Below, in pieces: positions 39,026-49,511 of a stretch of 49,511 nucleotides of DNA. The DNA comes from Candidatus Nanopelagicaceae bacterium (GTDB taxonomy: Bacteria; Actinomycetota; Actinomycetes; Nanopelagicales; Nanopelagicaceae): assembly GCA_009691185.1 (NCBI GenBank), contig SHVD01000001.1, forward strand, positions 1-49,511, read 5' to 3'. The first letter of the stretch is position 1. Every line of letters begins with the position of its first letter. A program made the translations under genes and the position numbers. The notes under the pieces are model-generated. The model worked only from the letters and a program-made list of their open reading frames with translations, made no database searches and had not been told where the DNA came from.

Positions 39026-39971
39026 TTTTCCAGACCGCAACTTAGCACTTGAGTTAGTGCGAGTTACTGAAACTGCAGCCGTTGCTGCCTCTGCCTGGGT
39101 AGGTAGGGGTGATAAAGATGCTGCTGATGGCGCAGCTGTTGCTGCAATGCGCAAGATGATTAATACCGTTGATATGAATGGTGTAATTGTTATTGGTGAG
39201 GGAGAAAAAGATAATGCACCAATGCTTCATAATGGTGAAAAGGTTGGAAATGGTAGTGGACCAAATTGTGATGTTGCAGTTGACCCAATTGACGGCACCA
39301 CATTAACTTCAAATGGGTTAAATGGCGCAGTTAGTGTGATTGCACTAGCTCCCCGTGGCACAATGTTTGATCCAAAGGGTGCTTTTTATATGAACAAAAT
39401 TGTGACTGGGCCTGAGGCAGCAGCTGTTATTGATATTACTGCTCCTGCTGGTGACAATGTTCGAAAGGTCGCAAAAGCAAAAGGCGTAGATGTAAGTGAC
39501 ATTACAGTTATTGTTTTGGATAGACCAAGGCACGCTGATTTACTGAAAGAGTTACGCAAAGCTGGAGCACGTATCAGATTAATTAAAGATGGCGATGTTG
39601 CTGCTGCAATTGAAACTACTCGGCTTGGTACTGGAATTGATATTTTGATGGGAATTGGTGGCACACCTGAAGGAGTAGTAACAGCGGCTGCTATGCGAGC
39701 TTTGGGTGGAGTAATTCAAGGTCAATTAGTACCGCAAAGTGAGAGTGAGAAATCATCAGCAAAAGATGCCGGCCATGACCTATCTAAAATTTACACAACA
39801 AATGATTTAGTTGCCTCTGATGATGTTTTCTTTTCTGCCACTGGAATTACAGATGGAGAGTTACTCAGAGGAGTTCGGCACACTGCGTTCGGTGCGATTA
39901 GTCATTCTTTGGTGGTAAGAGGCCACTCTAAAACTGTAAGAATTATTGAGACTGAGCACCGCTATAACTAA
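39009..39971 (+). CDS. glpX: Class II fructose-1,6-bisphosphatase
   Basis: [19 protein letters not shown] and GGTPEGV. Confidence 0.95.
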   Translation: MSAEFNFPDRNLALELVRVTETAAVAASAWVGRGDKDAADGAAVAAMRKMINTVDMNGVIVIGEGEKDNAPMLHNGEKVGNGSGPNCDVAVDPIDGTTLTSNGLNGAVSVIALAPRGTMFDPKGAFYMNKIVTGPEAAAVIDITAPAGDNVRKVAKAKGVDVSDITVIVLDRPRHADLLKELRKAGARIRLIKDGDVAAAIETTRLGTGIDILMGIGGTPEGVVTAAAMRALGGVIQGQLVPQSESEKSSAKDAGHDLSKIYTTNDLVASDDVFFSATGITDGELLRGVRHTAFGAISHSLVVRGHSKTVRIIETEHRYN

Positions 39972-40225
39972 TTTTTAACTGCTTCTGCCTCACCTAAAAT
40001 TGAAACTCTATTTTTTGAAACTGAGATAAAACCACCGTTAATAACAAAATCATTTACTGAACCATCAGCAGCTTTAATTGATACCGTGCCATCGGCTAGT
40101 ACCCCAAGAAGTGGTGCGTGATCTGAAAGAATTCCAAGATCACCTTCGAGTGTGCGGGCTAAGACCATCTTTGCCTCACCGCTCCACACCCGCTTCTCTG
40201 GGGTAACAACCTCAACTTTTAACAT
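39968..40225 (-). CDS. atpC: ATP synthase epsilon subunit (short form)
   Basis: VVTPE and G.LGIL..HAP. Confidence 0.92.
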   Translation of the reverse strand: MLKVEVVTPEKRVWSGEAKMVLARTLEGDLGILSDHAPLLGVLADGTVSIKAADGSVNDFVINGGFISVSKNRVSILGEAEAVKN

Positions 40226-40228
40226 GGT

Positions 40229-42558
<2,330 letters not shown>

Positions 42559-42594
42559 TTGTTTACTCTCTTATCTCTTTGTTTTTCTTCTTAA

Positions 42595-44232
42595 TTACTT
42601 CTTTACCGCAGGCACTTGCCGAGTAATTTGCTCATTATCTTCACTAGATAATGCATCAGCTTTTTTCTCATTAACAACTGGAGCAACTGATGATTTAAAC
42701 TGTGTTTTAAATGCAGTAATTGCCTCAGTTAAGGCAGCAACGGTGTCATCTGATAATTCACGAGTAGTTGAGATGATCTCAAAGATTTGCTTGCGCTCAC
42801 GAGATATAAACTCTAAGAACTCACTTTCAAAGCGGCGAATATCAGCAACTGGAATTGAATCCATATTGCCAGTAGTTCCAGCCCAAATAGATGCTACTTG
42901 ACGTTCAACTGAAAAGGGTGAGTACTGACCTTGCTTCAGTAACTCAACCATTCGAGCACCACGCTCTAATTGTGATTTAGATGCTGCATCAAGATCAGAA
43001 CCAAAGGCAGCAAATGCCTCTAGCTCACGAAATTGGGCAAGATCAAGACGTAAGCGACCAGCGATCTTTTTCATCGCCTTAGTCTGAGCAGATCCACCAA
43101 CACGTGAAACAGAAATACCAACGTTGATCGCAGGACGAACACCTGCGTTAAACAAATCAGTCTCAAGGAAGCACTGACCATCGGTAATTGAGATTACGTT
43201 TGTTGGAATGAAAGCTGATACGTCATTACCTTTTGTTTCAATGATTGGAAGTCCTGTCATAGAACCGCCACCTAATTCATCAGATAACTTTGCGCACCTC
43301 TCTAGCAAACGAGAGTGTAAATAGAAAATATCTCCAGGATATGCCTCGCGGCCCGGTGGGCGACGCAGCAATAGCGATACAGAACGATAAGCCTCAGCTT
43401 GTTTTGATAGATCATCAAAAACAATTAATACATGTTGTCCCTTATACATCCAGTGCTGACCAATTGATGAGCCGGTGTATGGAGCTAAGTATTTAAATCC
43501 TGCAGGATCAGAGGCGGGAGCTGCCACAATAGTTGTGTAAGCCATCGCGCCAGCCTCTTCTAATGCGCCCTTAACCGATGCAATAGTTGAACCTTTTTGA
43601 CCAATTGCAACATAAATACATTTAACCTGCTTCTTTGGATCCCCACTCTTCCAGTTCTCCATTTGGTTAATAATTGTGTCAACTGCAATTGCTGTCTTAC
43701 CAGTTTGGCGATCACCAATAATTAATTGGCGCTGGCCTCGGCCGATTGCAGTCATCGAGTCAATTGCTTTAATACCAGTTTGCATTGGCTCTTTTACTGG
43801 TTGGCGCTGCACAACAGAGGGTGCTTGAATTTCAAGTGCTCGTGTTGCCTCCGCCTTAATCTCACCCTTACCATCAATAGGCCGACCTAATGCATCTACT
43901 ACTCGGCCCAGAAAACCATCGCCAACTGGAACAGAGAGAATCTCTCCAGTGCGACGAACAGTTGTTCCCTCTTCAATACCGGTGAACTCACCCAAAATAA
44001 CTACACCGATTTCGCGCACATCTAAGTTCAGCGCTAGTCCTAGTGTGCCGTTTTCAAACTTTAATAATTCATTTGTCATAGTAGATGGCAGACCAGAGAC
44101 GCGGGCGATACCATCACCTGCCTCAGTTACGCTGCCAATCTCATCTTTAACTGCAGCTCCTGGTTTGTATGCAGCGACATGTTTTGCCAGTGCATCCCGA
44201 ATCTCTTCGGGGCGGATTGTACCTTCAGCCAT
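42595..44232 (-). CDS. atpA: ATP synthase alpha subunit
   Basis: GDRQTGKT and [12 protein letters not shown]. Confidence 0.98.
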   Translation of the reverse strand: MAEGTIRPEEIRDALAKHVAAYKPGAAVKDEIGSVTEAGDGIARVSGLPSTMTNELLKFENGTLGLALNLDVREIGVVILGEFTGIEEGTTVRRTGEILSVPVGDGFLGRVVDALGRPIDGKGEIKAEATRALEIQAPSVVQRQPVKEPMQTGIKAIDSMTAIGRGQRQLIIGDRQTGKTAIAVDTIINQMENWKSGDPKKQVKCIYVAIGQKGSTIASVKGALEEAGAMAYTTIVAAPASDPAGFKYLAPYTGSSIGQHWMYKGQHVLIVFDDLSKQAEAYRSVSLLLRRPPGREAYPGDIFYLHSRLLERCAKLSDELGGGSMTGLPIIETKGNDVSAFIPTNVISITDGQCFLETDLFNAGVRPAINVGISVSRVGGSAQTKAMKKIAGRLRLDLAQFRELEAFAAFGSDLDAASKSQLERGARMVELLKQGQYSPFSVERQVASIWAGTTGNMDSIPVADIRRFESEFLEFISRERKQIFEIISTTRELSDDTVAALTEAITAFKTQFKSSVAPVVNEKKADALSSEDNEQITRQVPAVKK

Positions 44233-44255
44233 CTTTTCTCTTCTCTCTCTTTAAA

Positions 44256-44279
44256 TAACAGATACTTTCGTATCTGTTA
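44256..44279 (-). other. Intra-operon stem-loop between atpH and atpA
   Basis: taacagatac-tttc-gtatctgtta (GAAA loop on the coding strand). Confidence 0.55.
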
Positions 44280-44282
44280 AAA

Positions 44283-45113
44283 CTAACTTACGAGCGCTCT
44301 GCCCGCTTCTGCTAAACGATTAGAAATTGTGCCATCAATAACATCATCGGCGTATCTAATAGATATGCCACCTAAAACCTTTGGATCAATCTCAATATTT
44401 ACATGTACTTCTTTGCCCATTTGCTTAGTCAAAGCAGCTACTAACTTATTTCGTTGAACATCACTTAATACCACTGCGCTCTTTACATGGGCGACTAGGC
44501 GATCTCTACGAGTTGAAACATAATGCGAGTAAGTAGTAAGGGTGGAATCAATACTGCGACCGCGGCGTAGTACTACTACCCTGCGCAATAAATTAAGAGT
44601 TGAGGTTGCATACTTACCTTTAACAACCACTTCAAGCAGTGCAACCTTGCCGGCATCTGAGTCAGCAGAGGTATTAAGGGCTTGGCGAAGATCTGGATTG
44701 GCAACTAATACTCGAGTGAAATCAAATAGCTGATCCTCTAGCTTTTCTAACTCATTATTTTTTTCTGCAGCACTTGCCTCTGCCTCAACTGCAAGGCGCT
44801 CTATTGCATCTGCTAATTCAGCTGGATTAGACCAGCGAAGTGAGGATGCGCTAGCCATTAATGCTTGAGCTGGGGCGCCAATATTTTTACCAAATAGATT
44901 AGAGATTAACTCAGCCTTAGAGCTGGCATCCCGGGAGTTATCAGTAAGTGCTCTGCGAACTCCAACTGATGAGCTTAAAACAGTTAGTACTGTAAATAGA
45001 TCTGTTGCAAATTCAATAGCTGCTGGGTGAGATAAATCCTTTAATTTTGAATCTAGGGCAGCACGCAACGACAATAATGATTGTCTGCTGCTACCACCCA
45101 AAGTTTTCAACAT
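44283..45113 (-). CDS. atpH: ATP synthase delta subunit (long actinobacterial form)
   Basis: DPKVLGG...DDVIDGT; operon position. Confidence 0.93.
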   Translation of the reverse strand: MLKTLGGSSRQSLLSLRAALDSKLKDLSHPAAIEFATDLFTVLTVLSSSVGVRRALTDNSRDASSKAELISNLFGKNIGAPAQALMASASSLRWSNPAELADAIERLAVEAEASAAEKNNELEKLEDQLFDFTRVLVANPDLRQALNTSADSDAGKVALLEVVVKGKYATSTLNLLRRVVVLRRGRSIDSTLTTYSHYVSTRRDRLVAHVKSAVVLSDVQRNKLVAALTKQMGKEVHVNIEIDPKVLGGISIRYADDVIDGTISNRLAEAGRALVS

Positions 45114-45655
45114 TAATTACTCTTTTCTAAATCTGCCACAAATCGATCAACTATTCTTGATTGCCGTACCTGATCATCAAGTGCTTCACCAACAATCTTT
45201 GACGCAAGCTCAGTTGCAAGTGCACCAACCTCATTGCGAAGTGAAGTAATCGCCTGTTGGCGTTCGGCTTCAATTGATTGTTGCGCAGCAGCTGTAATAC
45301 GAGCAGCCTCTTCCTTTGCCTTCTCGCGCAGATCTTCAATAATTGCAGCACCTTGCACTCTTGACTCTTCTCTTATTTTTTGAGCCTCACTTTGTGCCTC
45401 TGCTAATTGCGTGGTGTATGTGCGCAATACTCGCTCTGCTTCAACTTGTGCTTTTTCAGCGCGCTCTAATCCACCTTCGATTGCATTTGTTCGCTCTTCA
45501 TATGCTTTTTCAAATTTTGGTACTACTTTAGTTTTGAGCACATAAAACAGGAGCGAGAATGCAATCAAGCCAACAATAATTTCAACTGGATTTGGAATTA
45601 CTGGGCTTGGTGCCTCTTCAGCCGCTAAATTAATCAGGTAATTTAACTTAATCAT
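45113..45655 (-). CDS. atpF: ATP synthase b subunit
   Basis: N-terminal transmembrane segment plus coiled coil; operon position. Confidence 0.93.
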   Translation of the reverse strand: MIKLNYLINLAAEEAPSPVIPNPVEIIVGLIAFSLLFYVLKTKVVPKFEKAYEERTNAIEGGLERAEKAQVEAERVLRTYTTQLAEAQSEAQKIREESRVQGAAIIEDLREKAKEEAARITAAAQQSIEAERQQAITSLRNEVGALATELASKIVGEALDDQVRQSRIVDRFVADLEKSN

Positions 45656-45686
45656 ATGATTTTTGAATTCACGTTAATTTAATTAA

Positions 45687-45893
45687 TTATTTCAGAACGA
45701 ATGCTAGAACCAGACCCAAAATTGCCAAAGCCTCAGCTAAAGCAAAGCCTAGGAAGGCCAGCGGTTGCAAGATGCTTCGAGCTTCAGGTTGGCGTGCTAC
45801 ACCATTGATGTAAGCAGCAAATATAAGGCCGGTGGCAATACCCGGTCCGATGGTTGATAGACCGAATCCAACTATGCCAAGTGTTCCTGTCAT
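45687..45893 (-). CDS. atpE: ATP synthase c subunit
   Basis: ARQPE loop, conserved Glu (ALAEAL); AAGGA RBS before ATG 45893. Confidence 0.95.
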   Translation of the reverse strand: MTGTLGIVGFGLSTIGPGIATGLIFAAYINGVARQPEARSILQPLAFLGFALAEALAILGLVLAFVLK

Positions 45894-45946
45894 TTCATAT
45901 TCCTTTCCGATATTGACCAAGCTTTTGCTTGGCCAAACTTATAGGT

Positions 45947-46729
45947 TTAGTGCTGATCCGCCAGAGCCCCTGCGATATATAGGGCTGATAACAGGGTAAA
46001 TATATAGGCTTGCAGGCATTGCACAAAAAATTCAAAAAAGGTAAATCCGAGGGAGAAACCAAAAGAAAAGACGCTGAAAAGCTGCATTATTAACTTGTCA
46101 TGGAGCATGTACTCCCCACCTAAAGTGAAGAGAATTAAGAGCAGGTGGCCAGCAAACATATTTCCAAATAACCGCATTGCTAGTGTTAATGGCCGAATTA
46201 AAAAGTATGTTGCCAATTCCAGCGGAGCTAAAATGACATACATAAATTTTGGAAGTCCTGGCATAAAACACATATCTTTTAAGTACTTAAATAATCCATG
46301 CTTACGGATTGCTACAAAATGATAAGTAAGGTAGACAAAGATTGTAATTGATACTGGAAAGCCAATTCTAGACATGGTAGGAAATTGAATAAGCGGAATT
46401 ATTCCGAAAATATTATTAGTTAATATAAAGGTAAAGATTGTGAAGAGGAATGGGACAAATCTCTGGAATTCAGATCCAATTACATCTTTGCCTATTTCAT
46501 TACGAACAAATCCATAGACCATTTCACCGGCAAACTGAATTTTGGATGGAACTACCAATGCTTTGCGGGATGAGGCGATGAAAAAAGTAGAAATAAGAAT
46601 TACAGAAAAGAAAACTAAAACAACAGGTTTGGTAGTTAATACTGAATCCCCAAATATGGATGGGAATACAAAGTCGCCGGCATCTGGGGCACGAAAACCA
46701 GGTCTAACAGCGCCTTCTAACAGGTTCAA
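45947..46729 (-). CDS. atpB: ATP synthase a subunit
   Basis: RLFGNMFAGH and LQAYIF. Confidence 0.96.
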   Translation of the reverse strand: MNLLEGAVRPGFRAPDAGDFVFPSIFGDSVLTTKPVVLVFFSVILISTFFIASSRKALVVPSKIQFAGEMVYGFVRNEIGKDVIGSEFQRFVPFLFTIFTFILTNNIFGIIPLIQFPTMSRIGFPVSITIFVYLTYHFVAIRKHGLFKYLKDMCFMPGLPKFMYVILAPLELATYFLIRPLTLAMRLFGNMFAGHLLLILFTLGGEYMLHDKLIMQLFSVFSFGFSLGFTFFEFFVQCLQAYIFTLLSALYIAGALADQH

Positions 46730-46822
46730 GCTATTCCATTTCTCTAAGACAACTACATTTTCAAGGAGAGATCCCGAGGGCTTAACTTATGGGTAAAGGG
46801 TACAAATCGCAAAGCGTTTGGG

Positions 46823-47032
46823 CTACTTGCCCAGGTTGCCTGGATCACTCCTTACATAGCGAACCCAGATCAAATAGATACTCAAAAATAGCCCTAGGAA
46901 AATTCCGATAAAAACAAATATCTGGGTCTTTAAAAAATTATCCAATAGCGCCCCCGCCGCTCCCCAAAATCCCATACCGGCGATTAGATAAGAGATGATG
47001 TTCCAAAAGGCGCCCTCATCTTTACTTGCCAT
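46823..47032 (-). CDS. AtpZ/AtpI-family small membrane protein, copy 2
   Basis: W.IISYLIAG..FWG..G..LD; two transmembrane segments. Confidence 0.8.
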   Translation of the reverse strand: MASKDEGAFWNIISYLIAGMGFWGAAGALLDNFLKTQIFVFIGIFLGLFLSIYLIWVRYVRSDPGNLGK

Positions 47033-47043
47033 TTAAATTACTT

Positions 47044-47268
47044 TTAATCCCGCCCAAAGCGCAGCCATACTAAATACACAGAGGCTGCTGCACCTAAAAA
47101 TAACCCGATCAAAAGGCAGTAGGTAGTTCCTAGCCACTGGTCAAAGCTCCAACCAATGCCACCCCAAATAAATAATCCAGCTAGAAGGTAACCAATAATC
47201 GACCAGAGTGCATTCTCTTCATTTTGAGAGTTTTTTGAATCATCTTCATTTGAATTATTAGGACTCAT
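47044..47268 (-). CDS. AtpZ/AtpI-family small membrane protein, copy 1
   Basis: WSIIGYLLAG..IWGGIGW..DQWLGT. Confidence 0.8.
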   Translation of the reverse strand: MSPNNSNEDDSKNSQNEENALWSIIGYLLAGLFIWGGIGWSFDQWLGTTYCLLIGLFLGAAASVYLVWLRFGRD

Positions 47269-47695
47269 AATTGATACCCTCCTTACTTGGTAGCGGTAAT
47301 TGAAGCCGTAACTTTAGAAAGCTACGAATCTCTCCAAATAACCATACAATGATAATCAAGATCGCAGATATGGCAAAACTCATCCGATCTACTGTGGCTG
47401 GATCGGTAAATTTGGTAACTAAAACAAGAAATGCACCCATAAGTATTACCTTTGTAAAGTAGGAGAACATTGCAAGAGCCATTGTTGCCATTGGATCCAA
47501 ATTACGTGATAGTCGGGCAACTAATAGATGCACACTAAAAAAGATAATTACGGTAACAGATGCAAGTAGGCCGCCAAGTAAGCCAGATCTACCTTTAGCA
47601 ATTGTCATTATAATTACTAAAATCACCGAAGCAATTACTGCTGGGCTAATTGCACCTTTCCACAACTTGGTATCACTATGGATCTTATCGGCCAC
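47258..47695 (-). CDS. AtpI-like four-transmembrane protein
   Basis: Four hydrophobic helices, SYFTK motif, position upstream of atpB; GTG start inferred. Confidence 0.7.
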   Translation of the reverse strand: MADKIHSDTKLWKGAISPAVIASVILVIIMTIAKGRSGLLGGLLASVTVIIFFSVHLLVARLSRNLDPMATMALAMFSYFTKVILMGAFLVLVTKFTDPATVDRMSFAISAILIIIVWLFGEIRSFLKLRLQLPLPSKEGINYES

Positions 47696-47696
47696 T

Positions 47697-48779
47697 TTAA
47701 ACCTCAACTTTTTTATGGTTAGTTTTTAATACTAAAAGTGAGATTAGAAAGATTATTAAGCCAGAGATAAGTGCAATCCAAATCGGCACAAATGCTGCAA
47801 TTACAGTAGAAAGAGCAAACATTGCAGTCCATAGATATAAAACTACGGTAGTTCGCTGCTGACTTAAACCCATCCGCATAATTCGATGGTGTATATGTTC
47901 ACGGTCTGCCGTAAAGGGTGATCGACCTGCTTTGACTCTTCTTAAGATAGCCATTACAAAATCAAGTAGTGGAATTGCGAGTATGGTAAATGGCAGAAGA
48001 AGTGGCAGCAGCGCAGAGCCTCCGTTTTCTTCAGTAATAGCGGAGGCATCTACCTGACCAGTAAGGGTGATAGCAGATGCACTGATTAGTAATCCTAAAA
48101 ACATGGCACCAGAATCTCCCATAAATATTTGCGCTGGATGAAAATTATGTGGCAAAAAGCCAAGGCACAGGCCGATAACCACCGCAGTAATAAGTGATGG
48201 GGCACCTGCGCGATTTAGTCCATTAATTACCGCAAGTAGATAGGAAAATGCAAAGAAAGATGCTGCACAAATCATCACAATTCCAGTGGCCAAGCCATCA
48301 AGCCCGTCAACGAAATTAATCGCATTTATTACTACCATGACAAACAAAACAGTTAGTACCTGACCAATATTTGTTGGCAAAGTAGTTATTCCATTTATTG
48401 GTAACCATAGTATTTGTACCCCGTATATCAACAATATTCCAGCGGCCAACGCTTGACCGGCAAATTTTGTAATTGGATCTAAATCAAACCGATCATCAAT
48501 CATGCCAAGAAATAAAATAAAAGTGCCACTTAAAAAAATACCAGTGGCATCACTGCCAAAAGACTTGTGGATTAATGGTAGATAATTAACAATTACCAAG
48601 GTAAGCGCCATTGCTAGCCACATTGCCAATCCTCCCCAGCGGGGAGTGGGTTGAAGGTGTATATCCCGGGCACGGATTGCAGTTACCGCGCCGGCCTTAA
48701 TCGCAAGATCTCTTACGATCGGGGTAATTAAATAGGTGATTAGTGCTGCAAGTAATATGGTTACTAAATACTCACGCAT
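47697..48779 (-). CDS. wecA: Polyprenyl-phosphate GlcNAc-1-phosphate transferase (WecA/Rfe, MraY family)
   Basis: NAINFVDGLDGLA, FMGDSGA and DREHIHHR. Confidence 0.88.
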   Translation of the reverse strand: MREYLVTILLAALITYLITPIVRDLAIKAGAVTAIRARDIHLQPTPRWGGLAMWLAMALTLVIVNYLPLIHKSFGSDATGIFLSGTFILFLGMIDDRFDLDPITKFAGQALAAGILLIYGVQILWLPINGITTLPTNIGQVLTVLFVMVVINAINFVDGLDGLATGIVMICAASFFAFSYLLAVINGLNRAGAPSLITAVVIGLCLGFLPHNFHPAQIFMGDSGAMFLGLLISASAITLTGQVDASAITEENGGSALLPLLLPFTILAIPLLDFVMAILRRVKAGRSPFTADREHIHHRIMRMGLSQQRTTVVLYLWTAMFALSTVIAAFVPIWIALISGLIIFLISLLVLKTNHKKVEV

Positions 48780-48791
48780 TGCTCTGGGTGA

Positions 48792-49511
48792 TTAATTTTT
48801 TGGTGCAGGATAGACCGGGAATTGATTAGTTAATTGATGAACTTCGGCTCTAATTGCCCTAGCTTTGCCTTCATTTTCACCCTCTTTTATAGCTCGTGCA
48901 ATAAATGATGCTATTTGTTTCATTTCATTTTTGCCCATACCTTGAGTTGTAGTTGCAGCTGTTCCAACTCTTATGCCGCTGGTAACTGCTGGGGTTTGCG
49001 GATCATATGGAATGGCATTTTTATTAAGGGTAATACCGGAGAGCCCACATCTTTCATCCGCAACCTTTCCAGTTACACCTGTAGAACGAATATCAATTAG
49101 AGCAAGATGAGTTTGAGTGCCACCAGAGACCGCACGCATTCCCTCATTTTCTAAACTCTTTGCAAGCTCTTGGCAATTTTCAATCACTTTTTTGGCGTAA
49201 CTTTGATATTCAGCTGTTGCACACTCTTTTAAAACAATTGCCTTGCCAGCAACTGCGCTCATAATTGGCCCACCTTGCATGCCTGGAAATATTGCTTTAT
49301 CAATGGCAGCTGCATGCTTTTCTTTCGACAAAATCATGCCACCTCTTGGACCGCGAAGTACCTTGTGGGTTGTAAATGAGACCACATCTGCATATGGCAC
49401 AGGCGATGGAATCGCTTTACCGGCAACTAAGCCAATAAAGTGAGCAGCATCCACCCACATAATTGCACCAACTTCATCACAAATCTGCCGAACTTTTTCA
49501 AAATCAATCAA
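48792..49511 (-). CDS. glyA: Serine hydroxymethyltransferase (3' part; 5' end outside the window)
   Basis: TTHKVLRGPRGG, FPGMQGGP and SGIRVGT. Confidence 0.96.
   Translation of the reverse strand: MIDFEKVRQICDEVGAIMWVDAAHFIGLVAGKAIPSPVPYADVVSFTTHKVLRGPRGGMILSKEKHAAAIDKAIFPGMQGGPIMSAVAGKAIVLKECATAEYQSYAKKVIENCQELAKSLENEGMRAVSGGTQTHLALIDIRSTGVTGKVADERCGLSGITLNKNAIPYDPQTPAVTSGIRVGTAATTTQGMGKNEMKQIASFIARAIKEGENEGKARAIRAEVHQLTNQFPVYPAPKN

Overview
About 40% GC, densely packed actinobacterial DNA with many leaderless genes; gene content is consistent with a streamlined freshwater acI / Ca. Nanopelagicales genome (inference). The left 6.6 kb is an accessory region. A decayed tRNA-Lys(CTT) with a 76-nt structured insertion in its anticodon loop (1131-1280) is followed by four tandem single-gene cassettes. 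Each cassette ends in a conserved 134-bp module whose last 25 bp repeat the tRNA 3' end, and no integrase lies in the window. Three cassettes encode secreted Zn-metallopeptidases that share promoter, signal peptide and a small Cys-pair N-terminal domain but differ in their C-terminal regions. The rest of the window holds a proteobacterial-type prpBCD operon, an FAD oxidoreductase, a liv ABC transporter, several conserved actinobacterial genes, an uncharacterised sugar-acid catabolic cluster with a divergent enolase, an ABC-2 exporter, pduO-type adenosyltransferase, murA, glpX, the full atp operon, a wecA-like gene and the 3' part of glyA.
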